NCBI GenBank assembly: GCA_964457525.1
Contig: CAYWGS010000051.1
Location: 1-10,832 of the forward strand
Direction: 5' to 3'
Source: an uncultured Erysipelotrichaceae bacterium
GTDB lineage: Bacteria > Bacillota_I > Bacilli_A > Erysipelotrichales > Erysipelotrichaceae
Length of the DNA stretch: 10,832 bases
Shown: positions 1 to 5,071 of the stretch, in pieces
Layout of the letters: each line of letters begins with the position of its first letter
Numbering within the stretch: the stretch's first letter is position 1
The notes under the pieces: generated by a model
Seen by the model: only the letters and a program-made list of their open reading frames with translations
Told to the model about the DNA's origin: nothing
Database searches by the model: none
Program-made: the position numbers and the translations under genes

Positions 1-45
1 AGCGCTCCTCACTTCCAAACCCTGTTTCTCGGTGAGTGCCTATTA

Positions 46-74
46 ATAATACCAAACGAAATACCTTGTGTCAA
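46..74 (-). promoter_or_regulatory. Putative sigma-A-type promoter firing leftward out of the window
   Basis: Read on the minus strand: TTGACA (74..69), a 17-nt spacer, then TGG-TATTAT (-10 at 51..46, with an extended TG). The remaining ~45 nt to the window edge would be a 5' leader ending in GAGGAG (10..5), a likely SD. The gene it serves lies outside the window. Confidence 0.4.
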
Positions 75-145
75 CGCTTTTTAACGTGTTTTTTCGTCTT
101 TTTCATTTTATTTTTATGAGAGTTTCATTCTTCGATTAAAACACG

Positions 146-679
146 TTATTTCTGTTGATTTAATGCGATGTATTGTTTCAAATACGTTTGTATAACATCC
201 TCTTTAAATGGATATTCTGAGTTATGTACTAAATTTAGTATGCCATCTAATCCATATTCTATTACTTCCTTCAGTTCGTCTGAGTATTCCATCAACACAG
301 AATGATCTTGATATTCATCTTCATCTAAGATAAGTTCATTCCCATCAGGGAAGACTTTCACATCAAGATCGTAATCTATGTTCTTAATCGCTTCTCCATC
401 AAATAAACTCGGTGATGCAATATTACAATAGTAATAGATACCCGTTTTCCGAACCATCGCTATAATGTTATACCATCGATTCGTATAGAAGAAACATATT
501 GCTGGCTCACGAGTGAACCAACGTCTTCCATCCGCTTCAACTACCCATGTTCGATTATTCGCAACAACATAATGGTCTTCGTGTACAGCCAAGACCTTGG
601 ATGTTAACCATGTGCGATGAAGTGTCCCATCATGTTTGTAACTTTGTATTGTTATGTTTTGTCCCACTTCAAGTTTCAT
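146..679 (-). CDS. ntdP: DUF402/UPF0374-family nucleoside tri-/diphosphate phosphatase (Ntdp; B. subtilis YgaC-like)
   Basis: 177-aa ORF. An AAGGAG SD (690..685) sits 5 nt upstream of the ATG. Length and sequence blocks (QSYKHDG..HRTW, NRWYNI, IDYDLDV) match my recollection of the Ntdp/YgaC family. No homology search was run. Confidence 0.85.
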   Translation of the reverse strand: MKLEVGQNITIQSYKHDGTLHRTWLTSKVLAVHEDHYVVANNRTWVVEADGRRWFTREPAICFFYTNRWYNIIAMVRKTGIYYYCNIASPSLFDGEAIKNIDYDLDVKVFPDGNELILDEDEYQDHSVLMEYSDELKEVIEYGLDGILNLVHNSEYPFKEDVIQTYLKQYIALNQQK

Positions 680-702
680 GTTTTCTCCTTAAGTGCTTTA
701 TT

Positions 703-708
703 ATTATA
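703..708 (-). promoter_or_regulatory. Candidate -10 box (TATAAT) for ntdP
   Basis: The minus strand reads ...acggTATAATaataaagcacttAAGGAGaaaacATG. The -10 hexamer is perfect, but I see no convincing -35. Confidence 0.35.
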
Positions 709-725
709 CCGTTTTTTGCGTCATA

Positions 726-764
726 TAAAAAGAGGTCCTCTTTTAAATTTAGCGGTCCTCTTTC
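726..764 (-). terminator. Weak candidate intrinsic terminator downstream of thiT
   Basis: Minus strand: agAAAGAGGaccgctaaatttaAAAGAGgacCTCTTTTTat. The 3' arm CCTCTTT can pair with either of two upstream AAAGAGG copies (plus-strand direct repeat GGTCCTCTTT at 734..743 and 754..763). Stems are short and AT-rich, and much of the T-run is used up in the stem. Confidence 0.3.
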
Positions 765-779
765 TATATTATATATACA

Positions 780-1301
780 CTAGCGATTTGTAATTATTTT
801 TATTCGCTTATAAATGAGTGGTGTAAATATCAAACCAACAACCAATGTCATAAACATATAACCGAAATTATATACGAAAGATCCCCACCATGTAATTCCC
901 CAAAAGTACACACCTGCTACTAAGTGAATAATAAATCGAATTCCATTTACAATGATAACTCCAGTCATAATTTCAAACTTATAATGGATTGTTGGAAATA
1001 ACGACGCAAGTCCATAGAGCCCAAACGCAATAACATATTCAAGAATGAATCCAAATACATTCACAAAATAAAATGGGGCAAAGAATCCTTGTAAAGGGAG
1101 TGTGAGCAATGACACAACTACTCCTTTCTTCCAACCCAAATGATAACTTGCTAGTAGTAATACAATTGTACTAAATCCAATTGTCCCTCCATTTGGCATC
1201 TTAAAAATAGGTACTTGATTTGAGATGTAATCCAGCGCAATAAATAAAGCCACATATACACCGATCCATACCATATCCAAAACAACTCTTGATCTTTTCA
1301 T
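780..1301 (-). CDS. thiT: Thiamine transporter ThiT (ECF-transporter S component)
   Basis: 173-aa, very hydrophobic multi-pass membrane protein of the size typical of ECF S components. A GGAGGTG SD lies 7 nt upstream of the ATG. A TPP riboswitch sits immediately upstream on the same strand. Confidence 0.85.
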   Translation of the reverse strand: MKRSRVVLDMVWIGVYVALFIALDYISNQVPIFKMPNGGTIGFSTIVLLLASYHLGWKKGVVVSLLTLPLQGFFAPFYFVNVFGFILEYVIAFGLYGLASLFPTIHYKFEIMTGVIIVNGIRFIIHLVAGVYFWGITWWGSFVYNFGYMFMTLVVGLIFTPLIYKRIKIITNR

Positions 1302-1304
1302 AAA

Positions 1305-1416
1305 AAAACACCTCCATGAGGCGTAAGGATAGTGTAACTCCCTACGCTAGTCTTAACTAGATCAGGTGATGAGGGTCTGCATTCGCATCTCAGCCATTTG
1401 GCACCCCTGTTCACAG
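1305..1416 (-). promoter_or_regulatory. TPP (THI-box) riboswitch controlling thiT
   Basis: Minus strand: gtgaacaGGGGTGCcaaatgGCTGAGAtgcgaatgcagACCCtcatcACCTGATCtagtTAAgactaGCGtAGGGAgttacac. This matches the conserved TPP-aptamer core (GGGGUGC...CUGAGA...ACCC...ACCUGAUC..UAA..GCG.AGGGA). P1 is GTGAAC/GTT(A)CAC. The expression platform contains CGTAGGGA...TCCTTACG (8 bp) and CCTCatgGAGG overlapping the SD, so SD sequestration is likely. Confidence 0.9.
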
Positions 1417-1417
1417 C

Positions 1418-1445
1418 TTGATTATAGCATACTTTATGATAGAAT
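1418..1445 (+). promoter_or_regulatory. Putative sigma-A promoter for the msrC-like gene
   Basis: TTGATT (1418..1423), a 16-nt spacer, then TGa-TAGAAT (1437..1445). The AGGTGA SD at 1455..1460 and the ATG at 1466 follow. It overlaps the divergent thiT promoter. Confidence 0.45.
1421..1429 (-). promoter_or_regulatory. Extended -10 promoter (TGC-TATAAT) for the TPP riboswitch/thiT transcript
   Basis: Minus strand reads aagtaTGCTATAATcaagctGTGAAC. The predicted start falls about 7 nt downstream, right at the 5' side of riboswitch P1. The -35 is weak. Confidence 0.5.
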
Positions 1446-1465
1446 ATCGTACATAGGTGACCATT

Positions 1466-1933
1466 ATGCATGAACTAAATAAATCCGATGATTATTCATT
1501 ATTATTAAAGCAAGTCGTTGCGCTTATTGATTCAGAACCTGATCGATTAGCGAATATGGCAAATATCGCTTCTTTTATCTACCATATGATCCCTGACTTA
1601 AATTGGTCAGGATTCTATTTACTTAAAGGTGAAGATCTTGTCCTAGGTCCATTTAATGGACTTCCAGCTTGTACTCGCATCCCAATGGGCAAGGGTGTTT
1701 GTGGAACATCCGCCGCATTTAAACAAGTTTTAAATGTTGAGAACGTACATAATTTTGAGGGACACATTGCTTGCGATAGTGCAAGTAACTCCGAACTGGT
1801 TGTACCAATGATTTATCAAAATAAAGTTATTGGTGTTTTGGACATTGATTCTCCTGTCTTAGATCGATTTGATATAAAACTTGAAGAATTTGCGATTCAG
1901 GTTGTTAATGAACTAATAAAAAGATGGGATTAA
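1466..1933 (+). CDS. msrC: GAF-domain protein, free methionine-(R)-sulfoxide reductase family (MsrC/YebR/YtsP-like)
   Basis: The ORF track begins at GTG 1457, but ATG 1466 sits 5 nt after the AGGTGA SD. Family hallmarks are present: GKGVCG and HIACDSASNSELVVP. The length of about 155 aa is typical. Confidence 0.85.
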   Translation: MHELNKSDDYSLLLKQVVALIDSEPDRLANMANIASFIYHMIPDLNWSGFYLLKGEDLVLGPFNGLPACTRIPMGKGVCGTSAAFKQVLNVENVHNFEGHIACDSASNSELVVPMIYQNKVIGVLDIDSPVLDRFDIKLEEFAIQVVNELIKRWD

Positions 1934-1950
1934 TTAGTCCCATCTTTTTT
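1918..1950. terminator. Bidirectional intrinsic terminator shared by convergent msrC and ogt
   Basis: Perfect 12-bp inverted repeat AAAAAGATGGGA (1918..1929) / TCCCATCTTTTT (1938..1949) around the loop TTAATTAG. The A-run and T-run flanks give a U-tract on both strands. Both stop codons (TAA 1931..1933 on plus, TAA at 1936..1934 on minus) lie in the loop. Confidence 0.75.
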
Positions 1951-2371
1951 CATGATTTAACAATAATTCTTTATAGAATAGTCCACCAGCATATCCGGTT
2001 AATTTACCATTTTTACCAATGACTCGATGACATGGTACGATTATCCCAATTGGGTTACGGTTGCATGCACCACCTACCGCTCTTAATGCCTTAGGTTGGC
2101 CAATTCTTTGTGCTATTTGTTGATAAGAACGTGTTTCCCCATAAGGAATTTCTAATAGCGCATTCCAAACTTTTAGTTGGAATTCTGTTCCCTTAAGATG
2201 TAAAGGTAAATCAAATACTTTACGTGATCCTTTTTCATATTCTGTGAGTTGTTTTTGAATGTCACTGTTCAAATCAATTGATGCATCAATATTATCTACA
2301 AAAGACATTCCAACAATACCTTGTTCATCAAAGTTTATTTCTATTGTTTGGCCAAATAATTTTGCGAACAT
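1934..2371 (-). CDS. ogt: Methylated-DNA--protein-cysteine S-methyltransferase (Ogt/MGMT family)
   Basis: 145 aa with the active-site block NRNPIGIIVPCHRVIG (PCHRV). A GAGGAG SD lies inside the last codons of the upstream gene. The start overlaps the upstream stop as TAATG. Confidence 0.9.
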   Translation of the reverse strand: MFAKLFGQTIEINFDEQGIVGMSFVDNIDASIDLNSDIQKQLTEYEKGSRKVFDLPLHLKGTEFQLKVWNALLEIPYGETRSYQQIAQRIGQPKALRAVGGACNRNPIGIIVPCHRVIGKNGKLTGYAGGLFYKELLLNHEKRWD

Positions 2372-3171
2372 TAGAGGTTCTCCTCAAGGTAGCGTTGTGT
2401 GCTTCGTACGGCATATTCCAAATCGAAACTTTTCACAACTGAATTACCTAATAAACTCAAACTAACTTTATTTTCAAGTTCCATATTTCGACCTACTTGA
2501 TTAAAATCATTCGAATCAAAATCATGACTTAGAAATTTAACCCATTCTTCTTTAGATCCTACAACCATTCTAGATCCTTGTATGATAATTGGTCTTTTTT
2601 GACTTAGTACTTCTCCCAAATGCATTCCTGTACATGAATCGTACTCGACTCCGATGAGAAGCACTTTTGTTTTTAATTCTACCATCTTAGCGATGGGAGA
2701 TCTTAGACCAAACATATCATTAAGTGGATGGCTTTGAGTAATCCATTTTGCATGTTTACCATGAGACATCATGCTTACTTGTGGGTGGTTCGAGAAGTAT
2801 ACTGAGGGTCTTTTTTGCAAAGCTACCGCAAGTTGTCCCATTCCATATAAGTCATCAAATTTTCCTTTAAAGCTAGGTGTATTCTCTCTAATCGTTTGAT
2901 ACAATGCGACATCAATGGGCGGCTTTTGAAAGTATGCTGGTTCACTATTATCACTTGAATGGGCACTCATAACAATTGTCCCTTCAAAACCAATCGTTTC
3001 AAGAATTGCATCGAGTAGTGCATTAGCACCACCTAACATAAATCCTATTGATTTCATTGAAGCATGCACTTCTAAAACATCGCCATTTTGAATGCCGATA
3101 TTTCTTAATAATGTTTTTGCATCTTCAATTGTAATAACTGAAGAGACTTCTTTATTCTTCAATGACCCCAT
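2371..3171 (-). CDS. AAC(3)-family aminoglycoside N3-acetyltransferase-like protein (Antibiotic_NAT fold; B. subtilis YokD-like)
   Basis: 266 aa. Family-typical blocks are present: GDVLEVHASMKSIG, GGANALLDAILETIG..GTIVM, and LLIGVEYDSCTGMHLGE. The only ATG near the N-terminus is at 3171, which overlaps the upstream gene by 20 nt and has no SD. Confidence 0.8.
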   Translation of the reverse strand: MGSLKNKEVSSVITIEDAKTLLRNIGIQNGDVLEVHASMKSIGFMLGGANALLDAILETIGFEGTIVMSAHSSDNSEPAYFQKPPIDVALYQTIRENTPSFKGKFDDLYGMGQLAVALQKRPSVYFSNHPQVSMMSHGKHAKWITQSHPLNDMFGLRSPIAKMVELKTKVLLIGVEYDSCTGMHLGEVLSQKRPIIIQGSRMVVGSKEEWVKFLSHDFDSNDFNQVGRNMELENKVSLSLLGNSVVKSFDLEYAVRSTQRYLEENL

Positions 3172-3574
3172 TTTCGATTAACCGAGCTTTAAACTCATCT
3201 TCAGTGTCTGTTTGTGCGAGAGAGAATTGATCTTTAATTTTGCCTTCCTCAACTACAAATAGAATAGGGAAACTGTACGGGAAAGGTTCATTTTGATTTA
3301 GATATGTTGTAACAAGTACGTCTAAATCTTCTTGTGATTCCTTATCATATTCAATGAAATAAACAGTTGTTCCTGTTTCTTTTATAACACTTTCAACGAT
3401 ACTTCTAAAGATTTTACATGCGGAACAATAAGAAAGCCCTAAGTAAACCACAAATGTTTCATTTGCTGCAAATTTATCTGTAATTTCTGTTGGTTTAACT
3501 TGTGTTAAGCCTTGAGTACTACAGCCACTTAGGATAAGTCCTAATATCATTGTAATAAATAATAATTTCTTCAT
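3152..3574 (-). CDS. Thioredoxin-like lipoprotein with a CxxC motif
   Basis: 140 aa. The signal peptide MKKLLFITMILGLILSGC has lipobox LSGC. A CSAC redox motif sits in a thioredoxin-like context (VVYLGLSYCSACKIF). An AGGAGA SD lies upstream. Confidence 0.75.
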   Translation of the reverse strand: MKKLLFITMILGLILSGCSTQGLTQVKPTEITDKFAANETFVVYLGLSYCSACKIFRSIVESVIKETGTTVYFIEYDKESQEDLDVLVTTYLNQNEPFPYSFPILFVVEEGKIKDQFSLAQTDTEDEFKARLIENGVIEE

Positions 3575-3585
3575 TTTGTCTCCTA

Positions 3586-4047
3586 TTAAGCGTTATGAGC
3601 TATACGACTCGCAGCAGCTGCCGCAAGTGCACCAACAATATCATCTAGGAATGTATGACACATTGTTTTGTGTTCGTTGAGTGTTTTAATTATGAGTGGT
3701 TTTTCTCGATCAATGTAACCAAAATTGGTCAGTGCGATAGAACCATAAAGATTGCATATCCCATAAGCTAAAACCTCATCAATTCCATATAATGATTTGT
3801 CATTTATTAGTATATCATGTAGTACCTCATCCTGTAATGAATTCGATTCGGCTAATTTATCAAGCGTTATACCTGTAATGATTGCGTGTTGAACTTCTCG
3901 TTTACGAATCACGTTTTTTATTACTTCAATTACTTCTAACTCTTCGATTTCAGGATGATGTTGCTTTTGCAAATATAATACACATTGTGCAATGTCACTT
4001 AGACTTACACCTCTTTCTTCTAATAGATTAATACATTTATCGTACAT
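3586..4047 (-). CDS. PgpA-family (phosphatidylglycerophosphatase A-like) protein, YutG/LtrC-like
   Basis: 153 aa. The C-terminal block HTFLDDIVGALAAAAASRIAH, together with YGSIALTNFGYIDREKP, matches my recollection of the Bacillus YutG / Listeria LtrC group. A GAGGG SD lies upstream. Confidence 0.7.
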   Translation of the reverse strand: MYDKCINLLEERGVSLSDIAQCVLYLQKQHHPEIEELEVIEVIKNVIRKREVQHAIITGITLDKLAESNSLQDEVLHDILINDKSLYGIDEVLAYGICNLYGSIALTNFGYIDREKPLIIKTLNEHKTMCHTFLDDIVGALAAAAASRIAHNA

Positions 4048-4098
4048 AATTAGCCCTCATTTTATGCTTAGTTTATCTATATTCTTGTGATTTTACAA

Positions 4099-5034
4099 TT
4101 AAAAAACTTCTCTTTCTATAAAAATCTCAGATTTTATTTTCTTAAGTGTTTCAATATTAAGCGTATCCACAACCGTATCTTCTGATTGAACCGTTAAATA
4201 GGAAGCACATAATCCCCATTCACAAGCTTCAACCATTGAATATCCCTTTAAGCGATAGCTTAAGTAAACACCTAGTAACGCATCCCCAGCTCCTGTAGTA
4301 TTTACTGTATTTACCGCTTGATGTCTAAGATGATATTTGTGTAATCCATCTGTAAAGTATAACCCTTTATCACCGCATGTAAGAATCGTTTCTTTTACAC
4401 CTGATTGAACGAAGTAATCGAGTGCTTTATGAATATCTTCATCTGTTTTAATTTGAAATCCACAGACAAGCTCCGCTTCGATTATATTCGGTTTAAATAC
4501 ACTTAAATATCTTAAAATCGTCTTTGCCTTAATTGCCTTTTGACTCGAAATTGGATCCATAGCTAATTTAGCAGGAATTCTCTTACATAATGATTCTAGT
4601 ACCTCTACCGATAGGTTTGTATCAATTGAACAATAATCTTCTTGAGTCATATGATCAATTCCATGATCAAAATCATGTTCTCCTATTTGACTTAATATTT
4701 CCATATCTGCTACAGCACAGTTCATTTCACCACTGTTTTGTAGTAATGCTAAATAGGTTGCGGAGCGTTGATTTTCTTTAATCTTACTAAAATTAAGATT
4801 CATCCCAAGTTGATCACAATATTGATAGCAGAGTTGACCAAAAGCATCATCACCAAATAGTGACATCAAAACAACTTCAGTATCACATCTCACCGCATTC
4901 TCCGCAATATTTCGCGCAACTCCTCCAAACGATAATTTTATCGTCCCTGGATTTGAATCATGTAGTTTCAAGGGTTTATATGGACTTCCTACAAGATCAA
5001 CAGTAACTCCACCTATAGCATATAGTTTCGGCAT
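4099..5034 (-). CDS. PfkB-family carbohydrate/nucleoside kinase (pseudouridine kinase PsuK/YeiC-like)
   Basis: 311 aa. N-terminal GGVARNIAEN and C-terminal NTTGAGDA motifs are PfkB hallmarks, and GGVxRNIAxN is typical of the YeiC/PsuK subgroup. An AAGGAG SD lies 5 nt upstream. Confidence 0.75.
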   Translation of the reverse strand: MPKLYAIGGVTVDLVGSPYKPLKLHDSNPGTIKLSFGGVARNIAENAVRCDTEVVLMSLFGDDAFGQLCYQYCDQLGMNLNFSKIKENQRSATYLALLQNSGEMNCAVADMEILSQIGEHDFDHGIDHMTQEDYCSIDTNLSVEVLESLCKRIPAKLAMDPISSQKAIKAKTILRYLSVFKPNIIEAELVCGFQIKTDEDIHKALDYFVQSGVKETILTCGDKGLYFTDGLHKYHLRHQAVNTVNTTGAGDALLGVYLSYRLKGYSMVEACEWGLCASYLTVQSEDTVVDTLNIETLKKIKSEIFIEREVF

Positions 5035-5045
5035 ATTTTCTCCTT

Positions 5046-5071
5046 AGAAAAGCGTGGATTTCTCCACGCTT
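5046..5071 (-). terminator. Intrinsic terminator after the EF-G-like gene
   Basis: Minus strand: tAAGCGTGGAgaaaTCCACGCTTttct. The stem is 9 bp and GC-rich with a GAAA loop and a short T-tract. The stem begins within the TAA stop of the EF-G-like gene and ends 1 nt before the kinase SD, so it is probably leaky. Confidence 0.65.

Noticed and set aside
1-45. Possible riboswitch or leader RNA at the left edge (minus strand, downstream of the TTGACA/TATTAT promoter)
   Set aside because: The fragment is truncated. I could not match it to any riboswitch or T-box core I know (TPP, SAM, purine, FMN, glycine, lysine, preQ1, fluoride, ykkC). Only a 5-bp stem is visible, so I treat it as an ordinary 5' UTR ending in an SD.
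734-763. 10-nt direct repeat GGTCCTCTTT x2 in the thiT-ntdP intergenic region
   Set aside because: The repeat is short. It is plausibly explained as two alternative 5' arms of the weak thiT terminator, and there is no evidence of a mobile-element scar or a protein-binding array.
547-783. 78-aa plus-strand ORF from the track
   Set aside because: It lies antisense to the well-supported ntdP CDS and runs through the intergenic terminator and promoter region. It has no SD, and its composition is low-complexity and hydrophobic, typical of a shadow ORF in AT-rich DNA.
1457-1465. Longer N-termini proposed by the ORF track (GTG 1457 for msrC, TTG 7856 for ANK, ATG 9022 for the M3 peptidase)
   Set aside because: In each case an internal ATG (1466, 7832, 9079) sits at canonical spacing from a strong SD (AGGTGA, AAGGAGG, AGAGG). 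The extended start has no SD and would overlap promoter or terminator elements.
2259-2465. 68-aa plus-strand ORF
   Set aside because: It is antisense across the ogt/AAC(3) junction and has neither an SD nor a recognisable motif. It is a shadow ORF.
2371-3171. AAC(3)-like gene as part of an acquired resistance island or mobile element
   Set aside because: There are no flanking transposase or integrase genes, inverted repeats or att-like duplications. The gene is interlocked with both neighbours by overlaps, and by eye its composition is similar to the surrounding genes.
4590-4781. 63-aa plus-strand ORF
   Set aside because: It lies entirely inside the PfkB kinase CDS on the opposite strand, with no SD. 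It is a shadow ORF.
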